A stretch of 64,000 nucleotides of DNA from Collinsella sp. (lineage in GTDB: Bacteria; Actinomycetota; Coriobacteriia; Coriobacteriales; Coriobacteriaceae): the NCBI GenBank assembly GCA_031294825.1, contig JAUMPM010000067.1, positions 24,201-88,200 on the forward strand, read 5' to 3'. The translations under genes were made by a program, and so were the position numbers. The notes under the pieces were generated by a model. That model saw nothing but the letters and a program-made list of their open reading frames with translations, made no database searches and was not told the origin of the DNA. Of the stretch, positions 27,937 to 36,677 are shown one piece after another. The number at the start of each line of letters is the position of its first letter. Positions within the stretch are counted from its first letter, which is position 1.

Positions 27937-30687
27937 GTGAGCGATTGCAAGAGGGTTTACCGTTTTGGAACCGACGCCCAGGGCACCTGTGTCACCGAGG
28001 GCGACAAGTCCATGAACTTCGTGCTTGGCGGCAAAGGCGCTAACCTTGCCGAGATGAGCCGTATCGGCCTGCCGGTTCCCGGTGGCTTTACCATTACCTG
28101 CCAGACTTGCGTCGAGTACTCCGGTGCCGGCAACGTGTGGCCCGAGGGCGCACTCGATGAGATCGTTGCCGCCGAGGCGGACCTCGAGGCCCGCTGCGGC
28201 AAGAAGCTCGGCGACGCCTCCGATCCGCTGCTCGTGTCGGTTCGTTCGGGCGCTCCGTTCTCCATGCCCGGTATGATGGACACGGTCCTCAACTTGGGCC
28301 TCAATGACGATTCCGTCCAGGGCCTCATCGCGCAGACGCAGAACCCGCGTTTTGCCTGGGATAGCTATCGTCGCTTTATCCAGATGTTCTCCAACGTCGT
28401 CATGGGTGTCGATGCCGACCTGTTCGAGAACGCCCTGACCCAGGCCCGCCTGGTCGCCGGCGTTCGCGTCGATTCCGAGCTTTCGGCCGAGGACCTGCAG
28501 GAACTCGTCGAGACCTTTAAGGGCATCTTCTCCGAGAACGTCGATGCCGCCCTGTATCCCGAGCTCGAGGTCGCCGATGGCAAGCCCGTCTTCCCACACG
28601 ATCCGGAGCTCCAGCTGCGCCTTGCCATCCAGGCCGTCTTTGGCAGCTGGATGAACGAGCGCGCCTGCATCTATCGCAAACAGCACGGCATCTCCGACGA
28701 GCTCGGCACCGCCGTCAACGTGCAGGCCATGGCCTTTGGCAACAAGGGCGAGACCTCTGCGACAGGCGTCGCCTTTACGCGTAATCCGGCCGACGGCACC
28801 AAGGAGTTCTACGGTGACTTTTTGGTTAATGCCCAGGGCGAGGACGTCGTCGCCGGTATCCGCAACACCGAGCCCATCGCCGACCTCAAGACCACCCCGG
28901 GCCTCGAGTCCGCAGGTGAGGAGCTCGAGCGCGTGTTCCTGACGCTCGAGGATCATTACCGCGATATGTGCGATATCGAGTTTACCATCGAGCAGGGCAA
29001 GCTCTGGATGCTCCAGACCCGCGTGGGCAAGCGCACCGCCACCGCCGCCCTGCGCATCGCCATCGAAATGGTCGAGGAAGGCCTGATCACCCGCGAAGAG
29101 GCCGTGAGCCGCATCGATCCCGCGCAACTCGACCAGCTCCTTCACCCGCAGTTCGACGCCTCCAAGAAGTACGAGGCTCTCGCCAGCGGTCTTAATGCCA
29201 GCCCCGGTGCCGCCGTGGGCGAGGTCGTGTTCTCGAGCGACGACGCTGTCGCGCGTTCCGCCGAGGGTCACAAGGTCATTCTGGTTCGTTGGGAGACCAA
29301 CCCCGACGACCTGAAGGGCATGGTCGCCGCCGAGGGCATCCTGACCAGCCACGGTGGCAAGACGAGCCATGCCGCCGTTATCGCCCGCGGCATGGGTACG
29401 CCCTGTGTCTGCGGCGTTGAGCGCTTCCACATCGACGCCGCCGAGAAGGTCGTGCGTATCGAGGGCATCGACCGCGTGCTGCGCGAGGGCGATGTCATTT
29501 CCATCGACGGTACCCAGGGTATCGTCGTCGACGGCGCCGTTGATCTGGTCTCGGCCGAGCTCACCGGCGATCTGGACACTATCCTGTCCTGGGCCGATGA
29601 GATTCGTCTGGACGAGACCTGTGGCCATGCCAACCATGTGCGCGTCAACGCCGACAATCCCGAGGATGCCGAGCTCGCACTCGAGTTTGGCGCCGAGGCT
29701 ATTGGCCTGTGCCGCACCGAGCACATGTTCCTAGGCGACCGTAAGAACATCATCCAGAGCTTTATCCTGTCTGACGATGAGGCCGTGAAGCAGCAGGCCC
29801 TGGCCGACCTGCTCAAGGTTCAGACCGAGGACTTCCTGGCGATGTTCAAGACCATGTCCGGTCGCGATGTGGTCGTCCGCCTGCTCGATCCGCCGCTTCA
29901 TGAGTTCCTGGATAATCCTCGCGACCTCGAGGTCGCCATCACCAAGAAGGAAGCCGCCGGCGCCAGCGAGGAAGAGCTTGCCGTCCTGCGCGCCCGCCTG
30001 CGTCGTATCGACGGCATGATCGAGTCCAACCCGATGCTCGGCCTGCGCGGCGTTCGCCTGTCCGTCGTCTTTAGCGATCTGCCGCTCATGCAGGTTCGCG
30101 CCGTCGCCACGGCCGCTGCCCGCCTAATCAAGGAGGGCGTCGATCCGCGCCCCGAGATCATGGTTCCGCTCGTTTCCATCACGGCCGAGCATGTCCAGAC
30201 CCGCGAGGTCATCGAGCGCGTGATCGCCGAGGTTTCCGTCGAAGAAGGCGTCGAGCTCAATATTCCCGTGGGCACGATGCTCGAGCTGCCGCGCGCCTGC
30301 ATGGTCGCTGACGAGATCGCCCACCATGCCGACTTCTTCTGCTTTGGCACCAACGACCTCACCCAGACGACCTTCGGTTTCTCGCGTGACGACGCCGAGG
30401 CTAAGTTCATCCCGCTGTACATGCATAAGAAGATTCTGAAGGACAACCCCTTCGAGACCATCGATACGGCAGTACTCGAGCTGGTACGCATGGCCGTCGA
30501 GAAGGGCCGTGCCACCAACCCCGACATGCACTTTGGCGTGTGCGGTGAGCACGGCGGCGACCCCAAGTCCATCAAGGGCCTGTTTAACGTGGCCGACGTG
30601 GACTACGTGTCCTGCTCGCCCTACCGCGTGCCCCTCGCGCGCTTGGCTGCCGCCCAGGCCAAGCTCGAGGCCAAGCGTCCCGCCTAA
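27937..30687 (+). CDS. ppdK: Pyruvate, phosphate dikinase
   Basis: GGKGANLAEM, GGKTSHAAVIARGMGTPCV (catalytic His), CRTEHMF, FFCFGTNDLTQ, CGEHGGDP. GTG at 27937 follows GGAAGGGGA; ATG at 27916 is an alternative. Confidence 0.95.
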   Translation: MSDCKRVYRFGTDAQGTCVTEGDKSMNFVLGGKGANLAEMSRIGLPVPGGFTITCQTCVEYSGAGNVWPEGALDEIVAAEADLEARCGKKLGDASDPLLVSVRSGAPFSMPGMMDTVLNLGLNDDSVQGLIAQTQNPRFAWDSYRRFIQMFSNVVMGVDADLFENALTQARLVAGVRVDSELSAEDLQELVETFKGIFSENVDAALYPELEVADGKPVFPHDPELQLRLAIQAVFGSWMNERACIYRKQHGISDELGTAVNVQAMAFGNKGETSATGVAFTRNPADGTKEFYGDFLVNAQGEDVVAGIRNTEPIADLKTTPGLESAGEELERVFLTLEDHYRDMCDIEFTIEQGKLWMLQTRVGKRTATAALRIAIEMVEEGLITREEAVSRIDPAQLDQLLHPQFDASKKYEALASGLNASPGAAVGEVVFSSDDAVARSAEGHKVILVRWETNPDDLKGMVAAEGILTSHGGKTSHAAVIARGMGTPCVCGVERFHIDAAEKVVRIEGIDRVLREGDVISIDGTQGIVVDGAVDLVSAELTGDLDTILSWADEIRLDETCGHANHVRVNADNPEDAELALEFGAEAIGLCRTEHMFLGDRKNIIQSFILSDDEAVKQQALADLLKVQTEDFLAMFKTMSGRDVVVRLLDPPLHEFLDNPRDLEVAITKKEAAGASEEELAVLRARLRRIDGMIESNPMLGLRGVRLSVVFSDLPLMQVRAVATAAARLIKEGVDPRPEIMVPLVSITAEHVQTREVIERVIAEVSVEEGVELNIPVGTMLELPRACMVADEIAHHADFFCFGTNDLTQTTFGFSRDDAEAKFIPLYMHKKILKDNPFETIDTAVLELVRMAVEKGRATNPDMHFGVCGEHGGDPKSIKGLFNVADVDYVSCSPYRVPLARLAAAQAKLEAKRPA

Positions 30688-30726
30688 CGTTTTGGGCGTA
30701 GACGCCTAGTGTAGCCCCCCTTCATG

Positions 30727-30760
30727 CCGCTCGTCTCATTTGTGAGACGGGCGGTTATCA
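30727..30760 (+). terminator. Stem-loop downstream of ppdK (weak terminator candidate)
   Basis: CCGCTCGTCTCA/TGAGACGGGCGG 12-bp stem (1 G-U). T-rich sequence follows only after a short gap. Confidence 0.4.
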
Positions 30761-30800
30761 TGTGCGGGTTTTGTCTTTTTGTCTGCGTAAAAAATTGTTC

Positions 30801-30828
30801 TTGCAGCAGAAACCCGCGCGTGTATACT
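30801..30828 (+). promoter_or_regulatory. Candidate promoter of rplS
   Basis: TTGCAG, 16-nt spacer, TATACT preceded by TG. A GTGCCG...CGGCAC hairpin lies in the leader. Confidence 0.4.
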
Positions 30829-30897
30829 CGAATACGTTTGTTCAACTACGTGCCGGCCATGGTGGTACGGCACCTCTAGAAGAGTAAGGAATTGCAC

Positions 30898-31239
30898 ATG
30901 GATTACATCCGCGCAATCGAGCGTCAGCAGATCCGCGAGGACATTCCTCAGGTTCGCGTCGCCGACAACGTCAAGGTTCACTACCGCATTAAGGAAGGCG
31001 ACCGCGAGCGCATCCAGGTCTTCCAGGGCGACGTCATCCGCATGGCCGGCGCCGGTGCCCGCGAGACCTTCACCGTCCGCAAGATGTCCTTCGGTGTCGG
31101 TGTTGAGCGTACCTTCCCGCTTCACAGCCCCAAGATCGCCAAGCTCGAGGTCGTTCGTCATGGTCGCGTCCGTCGCGCCAAGCTGTACTACCTCCGCGAC
31201 AAGGTGGGCAAGGCTGCTCGCATCCCCGAGAAGCGCTAA
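30898..31239 (+). CDS. rplS: 50S ribosomal protein L19
   Basis: [32 protein letters not shown] canonical L19. Confidence 0.96.
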   Translation: MDYIRAIERQQIREDIPQVRVADNVKVHYRIKEGDRERIQVFQGDVIRMAGAGARETFTVRKMSFGVGVERTFPLHSPKIAKLEVVRHGRVRRAKLYYLRDKVGKAARIPEKR

Positions 31240-31273
31240 GAAGATCGCAGCGTCTGTCCACTCGTTTGGACAC

Positions 31274-31304
31274 AAGGGTCACCTTCGGGTGGCCCTTCTT
31301 TTTA
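31274..31304 (+). terminator. Rho-independent terminator after rplS
   Basis: AAGGGTCACC-TTCG-GGTGGCCCTT stem, followed by a T-rich run (TCTTTTTA). Confidence 0.7.
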
Positions 31305-31332
31305 TCTGATTTGCATGCAAGGAGGGCCTGGT

Positions 31333-32121
31333 ATGGCCAACATGACGAGCTCGGTTTCGGCATCGCAGGTTGCCGGTGAGTTGGCGAGCGCCACGTTTGA
31401 GGAGATTCCCGCCCTCGTGGAGCATTATCGCGAGGACCCGCGCCAGCAGGTGATCAAGGCTTGCGAACGCGCCCTCAAACGCCATGCCAAAGAGCTTGCC
31501 GAGCGCGAGCGCGTCAATGACATGTACGAGCTTATGCATGAGCTTGGCGGCGATGGAGTGGTCGTTGGTGTCGACGAGGTGGGTCGCGGATCGGTGGCCG
31601 GTCCTTTGACGGTATGCGCTGTCTGCCTTCCTATGGAGCCGCGCGTCTGGGGCATCAACGATTCCAAAAAGCTCACGCCGGCGCGCCGCGAGTTGCTCTC
31701 AGTGAAGATTGCCGAGGTGGCGACGGCGATCGGTTTTTGCCATATCGCGCCTAAGGATATCGATGAGATGGGCATGGCCCGTGCTATCCGTACCGCCGTT
31801 GCGGGCGCCGTGGCCGATACGGGGCTCGAGCCCGATTGCGTGCTTATGGATGGCAACCCCTTGGGCGCCGTTCCTAACGAGCGCGATGTGGTGAAAGGCG
31901 ATGCCAAGATCGCCTGCATCGCCGCGGCGTCCATCATGGCCAAGGTCACGCGTGACGAGATGATGGTCGAGTACGACGCCGAGTATCCCGAGTACCATCT
32001 GGCCGAGTCGAAGGGCTATGCGAGCCCCGAGCACATCGAGGCCATTCGCAAACATGGACTTTGTCCGCTGCACCGCGTGAGCTTTTGCGGAAACTTTCTG
32101 CAGACTGAGCGCCTTTTCTAG
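31333..32121 (+). CDS. rnhB: Ribonuclease HII with ~70-aa N-terminal extension
   Basis: GVDEVGRGSVAGPLTV catalytic DE motif, DSKKLT, GYASPEH. ATG at 31333 lies 6 nt after AAGGAGGG; ATG at 31315 is an alternative. Confidence 0.92.
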   Translation: MANMTSSVSASQVAGELASATFEEIPALVEHYREDPRQQVIKACERALKRHAKELAERERVNDMYELMHELGGDGVVVGVDEVGRGSVAGPLTVCAVCLPMEPRVWGINDSKKLTPARRELLSVKIAEVATAIGFCHIAPKDIDEMGMARAIRTAVAGAVADTGLEPDCVLMDGNPLGAVPNERDVVKGDAKIACIAAASIMAKVTRDEMMVEYDAEYPEYHLAESKGYASPEHIEAIRKHGLCPLHRVSFCGNFLQTERLF

Positions 32122-32170
32122 GCCAATTGTGGAGACATGGACCTCTGGGGTTTTATAAACCTGCTGGTAG

Positions 32171-32212
32171 CGGGCCGTATGCAACACCATTGTTGCGTAC
32201 GGCCCGTTTTTT
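32171..32212 (+). terminator. Rho-independent terminator after rnhB
   Basis: 16-bp stem CGGGCCGTATGCAACA/TGTTGCGTACGGCCCG (1 G-U), CCAT loop, TTTTTT. Confidence 0.85.
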
Positions 32213-32310
32213 GACGGCATTTGGTCAGCTTTTGGTTTGCTTCCGGTACTTACCCGCATGAAAGGTGCCCTCATCATCGGGGCAATGCAGTGTGCGGGAA
32301 AGGAGACCCC

Positions 32311-32796
32311 ATGAGTGCCGCAAGCAAAAAGAGCAAGACGCAGCAGCTCAAGGAGCGTTGGGAAAACGGCGAGCTCGACTCCGGGGCGATGACGCCCGAG
32401 TTTATCAAGGGACTCAGTCCCCGCGAGCTAGGCATGCTGGGCGAGCTGATCACCATCGACTACTTTAACGAGCGCGGCTACACCTTGCTGGAGCAGGGCT
32501 ATCGTTGCACCGAGGGCGAGGCCGATCTGGTGCTGCTCGATGAGCTCGACGATGTCGTGGTGATGGCCGAGGTCAAGACCAGACGCGTTTCGCTGGATTG
32601 CACCACGCGGGTCTTTCCCGAGGAGGCCGTGGACGCCCAAAAGCAACGCCGCTACCGCCGCATCGCAAGTTGCTATCTCATGGAGCATTATCCGCTCAAG
32701 GCGATTCGCTTCGATGCTGTGGGTGTCACCATCCGCGGCGGGCATATCGCCGAGATCGAGCATCAGTACAACGCGTTCGATTGGCAGGTGTCGTGA
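32311..32796 (+). CDS. yraN: YraN-family (UPF0102) predicted endonuclease
   Basis: GE..A..Y....GY.ILE.NYR...GEADLV motif pattern and EVKTR. ATG at 32311 follows AGGAGA. Confidence 0.85.
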   Translation: MSAASKKSKTQQLKERWENGELDSGAMTPEFIKGLSPRELGMLGELITIDYFNERGYTLLEQGYRCTEGEADLVLLDELDDVVVMAEVKTRRVSLDCTTRVFPEEAVDAQKQRRYRRIASCYLMEHYPLKAIRFDAVGVTIRGGHIAEIEHQYNAFDWQVS

Positions 32797-34319
32797 TGGC
32801 GTTCGAGACGTTTGCCGTTCACGCGGCCTGCATCCGCGGCGTCGAGGCGATTCACGTCACGGTCGAGGTCTCGCTTGCCGGTGGCGTTCCGGGCATCCAG
32901 ATGCTCGGCATTCCGAGTATGGAGGTGATGGAGTCACGCGGTCGTATTCGCTGCGCGATGCGCTCCGCCGGGTTCGAGATCCCGCGCTCGGGCATTACCG
33001 TTAACCTGGCACCCGGCGATATCCGCAAGACCGGTAGCGGCTTTGACCTGCCCATCGCCATCGCGGTTCTAGCGGCCGATGAGCAGATTCCCCGTGACAA
33101 CCTCGATCGCTGCCTTATCGCAGGTGAGCTTGGTCTGGACGGTACGGTGCTTCCCGTCAAGGGCGAGGTGGCGTTTCAGCTATTGGCTCGCGACATGGGG
33201 CTGTCTTTTATCGCCGGCAGGTCCGACCAGCATGTGCCACTCGCGGGCGTAGATTGCGGCTTTATCGACCATCTGTCTCAGCTTGCTCATGGCATGGGCG
33301 ATGCCGCACGGCACTACTTGGATTCCGAGGGTGTCGAGGCGACCTTTGAGCCCGAGCTCGACTATGCAGACGTGCTGGGGCAGGAAGTCGCTAAACGCGG
33401 CATGGCGCTTGCGGCGGCAGGAGAACTCGGCTTGCTCATGATCGGGTCTCCGGGATCGGGCAAGACGATGCTCGCACGCCGTATGACCGGCATCCTGCCC
33501 GAGCTTTCCGTTGAGGATCAGCAGGAGGCACTGTGCATCCATTCGGTTTTGGGTGAGAACATTGATGGCTTGTTGGCGGGGCACCGCCCCTTCCGCAGTC
33601 CCCACCACAGTATTTCGACCGCAGGCCTTATCGGCGGCGGGCGCCCGGTGCACCCGGGTGAGATCAGCCTTGCTCATGGCGGCGTGCTCTTTTTGGACGA
33701 GCTTGCCGAGTTTCCCACTGGCGTGCTGCAGACGCTGCGTCAGCCCATCGAGCGCGGCTACGTGAGGATCGTACGCGTCGACGGGGCTTTTACCTTCCCG
33801 TCGCGCTTTCAGCTGCTGGCTGCGAGCAATCCCTGCCCCTGCGGCTTTTTGGGCGATCGCGAGGTGCCGTGTCGCTGCTCGGCGGCGATGGTCGAGCGCT
33901 ATCGGTCTAAACTGCGCGGTCCTTTGGCCGACCGTATCGACATGATGATCGATGTGACCCGTCCCGACCCTCAAGTGATTATCGAGGGTGCGGAGGGCAT
34001 GTCGTCGGCCGAGTTACGTGACTACGTTGTGCGCGGTCGCGCCTTTCGCGCTTGGCGCGAATCCCGCATGGACGATGCGGATGCCGAGGCCGAGGATGAC
34101 GAGACTCGGTCCATTGACGGCGTCGTTTCGACCTTTGAGCTCGATGATGCGGCGGAGAAGTGTGTGCTCGGCCTGTCGAAGCGCACGCATCTCACAGGGC
34201 GTGGCATCGTGCGCCTTGTTCGCATTGCGCGCACGATCGCAGATGTCGCCGAGAGCGAGCAGGTGACGCAGGACCACGTGCTCGAGGCGGCGATGTACCA
34301 GGGAAGGAGGGACCAATGA
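32796..34319 (+). CDS. comM: YifB/ComM family Mg-chelatase-like AAA+ ATPase
   Basis: ATGA overlap with the yraN stop. N-terminal Lon-protease-like region (IVGL-type GIPSMEVMESRGRI), Walker A GSPGSGKTMLARRM, Walker B VLFLDELAEF, sensor and Zn-like CPCG..CRC. Confidence 0.92.
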   Translation: MAFETFAVHAACIRGVEAIHVTVEVSLAGGVPGIQMLGIPSMEVMESRGRIRCAMRSAGFEIPRSGITVNLAPGDIRKTGSGFDLPIAIAVLAADEQIPRDNLDRCLIAGELGLDGTVLPVKGEVAFQLLARDMGLSFIAGRSDQHVPLAGVDCGFIDHLSQLAHGMGDAARHYLDSEGVEATFEPELDYADVLGQEVAKRGMALAAAGELGLLMIGSPGSGKTMLARRMTGILPELSVEDQQEALCIHSVLGENIDGLLAGHRPFRSPHHSISTAGLIGGGRPVHPGEISLAHGGVLFLDELAEFPTGVLQTLRQPIERGYVRIVRVDGAFTFPSRFQLLAASNPCPCGFLGDREVPCRCSAAMVERYRSKLRGPLADRIDMMIDVTRPDPQVIIEGAEGMSSAELRDYVVRGRAFRAWRESRMDDADAEAEDDETRSIDGVVSTFELDDAAEKCVLGLSKRTHLTGRGIVRLVRIARTIADVAESEQVTQDHVLEAAMYQGRRDQ

Positions 34320-35251
34320 TGGCTGAGGGGACCTTCGAGCTGCATCCAGGTGACGCGTTGTATCCCGAGACCGTTTTGGAACTTTCTGATGTACCTCAGA
34401 CGCTCTATGTGCGCGGCAACCCCGAGGCGCTTTCGACGCCCGCGCTCTCCATCATCGGTGCGCGAAAGGCCTCGCCGTATGGTCTTGCCGTGGCAGAGCT
34501 TGCGGCGAAGGTGGCGGTTGAGGCGGGAGTGACGGTAGTTTCGGGCGGTGCAGTCGGTTGTGACCAGGCCTCGGGTTGGGCTGCGGTCAACGCCGGCGGC
34601 AAACACGTCGTGGTGCTGGGGACGGGCGCCGACGTGGTCTACCCGCGTTCGAGCGCGGGGCTTATTACGCGCACGCTCGATACGGGCGGCGCGGTCGTGT
34701 CGATCTCTCCGTGGGGCATGGGTCCGCGCAAGTTTGCCTTTCCGCGTCGCAATCGCGTGATCGCGGCCCTGTCGCAAGCCCTCTTTGTATCCGAGGCGGG
34801 TATGCCTTCCGGGACGTTTTCTACAGCCGAGGCTGCTATGGATTTGGGGCGCGAACTTCTTGCCGTGCCGGGGTCGATCCTATCGCCCGAGTCGCGTGGC
34901 ACGAATTACCTCATTGCGAACGGTGCCTGCTGCATTGTCGACGAGGAGTCCATCGAGATGGCTATCTCTCGCATATACGGCACCCTGCGCTACTCGCGCC
35001 CCGATGCTCCCGGCATTGCCGACCTGAATCCAACACAGCAGACCGTGATGCATGCGCTCATCGCCTCTCCGCTCAAGGTCGACGACATCGCGGCGCTCGT
35101 CTCACTCGATGCTGTCGGCGTACTCAAACTCTTGGGTTCGCTTGAACTCGAGGGCCTTATCGAGCGCATGATGGATGGAAGGTATGCGCCCTCCAAGTTT
35201 GCCCTTCACGCCCAGACGCCCTTCGGTCACAATGGAAAACGTGTCAATTAG
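34316..35251 (+). CDS. dprA: DNA-processing protein DprA (Smf)
   Basis: ATGA overlap with the comM stop. IGARKASPYG..VVSGGAVGCDQA..FPRRNRVIAALS Rossmann-like DprA motifs; C-terminal winged-helix-like tail. Confidence 0.92.
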   Translation: MMAEGTFELHPGDALYPETVLELSDVPQTLYVRGNPEALSTPALSIIGARKASPYGLAVAELAAKVAVEAGVTVVSGGAVGCDQASGWAAVNAGGKHVVVLGTGADVVYPRSSAGLITRTLDTGGAVVSISPWGMGPRKFAFPRRNRVIAALSQALFVSEAGMPSGTFSTAEAAMDLGRELLAVPGSILSPESRGTNYLIANGACCIVDEESIEMAISRIYGTLRYSRPDAPGIADLNPTQQTVMHALIASPLKVDDIAALVSLDAVGVLKLLGSLELEGLIERMMDGRYAPSKFALHAQTPFGHNGKRVN

Positions 35252-35265
35252 AAAGGTGTTTGCAG

Positions 35266-36603
35266 ATGCAGTTCGATCAGGTGACGGTTATCGGTGGCGG
35301 TCTGGCGGGTTCGGAATGCGCGATCCAGCTGGCAGACCGCGGGTTTGCCGTAAAGCTGTGCGAGATGCGCCCCCAGGTGAGCTCCCCGGCTCACCATACC
35401 GATCACCTGGCAGAGCTCGTCTGCTCCAATTCGTTTAAGTCGACCCGTCCGGATTCCGCGGCTGGTTTGCTGAAGGCCGAGCTTGAGCGCATGGGTTCAG
35501 TCCTGCTCGACTGCGCCCATCGCGCTGCTGTTCCCGCTGGTGGCGCCCTGGCGGTCGACCGTGTTACATTCTCCGAGCTCGTCGAGGCTGAGGTTGCCGC
35601 CCGCCCCAATATCGAGGTCGTTCACGGCGAGGTCACCCAGATCCCCGAGGGCCACGTGGTCATTGCCGCGGGCCCGCTGTGTTCACCGGCGCTGAGCGAA
35701 GAGGTCATGAAGCTCGTCGGTGGCGACGCCCTTGCGTTCTTCGATGCCGCGGCGCCGATCGTCGATGCCTCCACGCTCGATATGGACGTGCTGTTTTCGC
35801 AGTCGCGCTACGAGGAGCAGGGGAGCGGCGACTATCTCAACGCTCCGCTCAACAAGGAGGAGTACGAGGCCTTTATCGAGGCGCTCACCACGGCCGACCG
35901 CGTGGTGCTCAAGGACTTTGAGGGCGGCGATCTGTTCCAGGCCTGCCAGCCTGCCGAGGAGGTTGCGCGCACCGGCAAGGACGCCATTCGCTTTGGCGCC
36001 ATGAAGCCCGTCGGCCTCACCGACCCGCGTACCGGACGTCGCCCTTGGGCGGCGATTCAGCTGCGTGCCGAGAACAAGGAGAAGACCGCCTATAACCTGG
36101 TGGGCTTCCAGACCAACCTGACCTTTGGCGAGCAGAAGCGCGTCTTCCATATGGTGCCGGGCCTGGAGAACGCTGAGTTCTTCCGCTACGGTGTCATGCA
36201 CCGCAATACCTTTGTCGACGCCCCGCACGTGCTCGATGGCACCTTTGCCGTGCCCGGTACCGGCGTGCGCCTGGCCGGTCAGATCACCGGCACCGAGGGG
36301 TACATGGAAGCCGTGGCGACCGGTCTGCTCGCGGCGCTCAACACCTATGCAGAGGCTATCGGCGCCGATTCCGTCGAGTTGCCCCGCGTGGGCGCCCTGG
36401 GTGCGCTCGTGGGCTATGCGACCGATCCTGCCACCGTGGGCTATCAGCCCATGCATGTCAACTTTGGCCTGGTGCCGCCGCTCGAGGACGGTAAGCGCCG
36501 CAGCAAGCGCGACCGCTATCAGGCCTATGCGGACCGTGCGCTCGAGGCCCTCGATGCCTACTTGGCCACGCGTTCTGACTTGTTTGGAGGCGACCGGTCA
36601 TAG
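35266..36603 (+). CDS. trmFO: Methylenetetrahydrofolate--tRNA-(uracil54-C5)-methyltransferase TrmFO (Gid)
   Basis: VIGGGLAGSECA FAD motif, ELVCSNSFKS, GQITGTEGYMEA. Confidence 0.92.
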   Translation: MQFDQVTVIGGGLAGSECAIQLADRGFAVKLCEMRPQVSSPAHHTDHLAELVCSNSFKSTRPDSAAGLLKAELERMGSVLLDCAHRAAVPAGGALAVDRVTFSELVEAEVAARPNIEVVHGEVTQIPEGHVVIAAGPLCSPALSEEVMKLVGGDALAFFDAAAPIVDASTLDMDVLFSQSRYEEQGSGDYLNAPLNKEEYEAFIEALTTADRVVLKDFEGGDLFQACQPAEEVARTGKDAIRFGAMKPVGLTDPRTGRRPWAAIQLRAENKEKTAYNLVGFQTNLTFGEQKRVFHMVPGLENAEFFRYGVMHRNTFVDAPHVLDGTFAVPGTGVRLAGQITGTEGYMEAVATGLLAALNTYAEAIGADSVELPRVGALGALVGYATDPATVGYQPMHVNFGLVPPLEDGKRRSKRDRYQAYADRALEALDAYLATRSDLFGGDRS

Positions 36604-36677
36604 CCTTTGACCTGTACGACACCGTCGACTCTTTTATCGCCTATATCGCACGCGTTGAGGGGCTTTCTCCCAACACG

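Noticed and set aside
32598-32795. N-terminal extensions of track ORFs that overlap upstream genes in another frame: comM from 32598, dprA from 34160, ispG from 44962, pyrC from 54830, pyrD from 57117, yraN from 32221, comEA from 61578 and rpsP from 21131.
   Set aside because: Family-typical N-termini, RBS positions and stop/start overlaps all place the true starts downstream. The extensions are open frames running through the neighbouring coding sequence.
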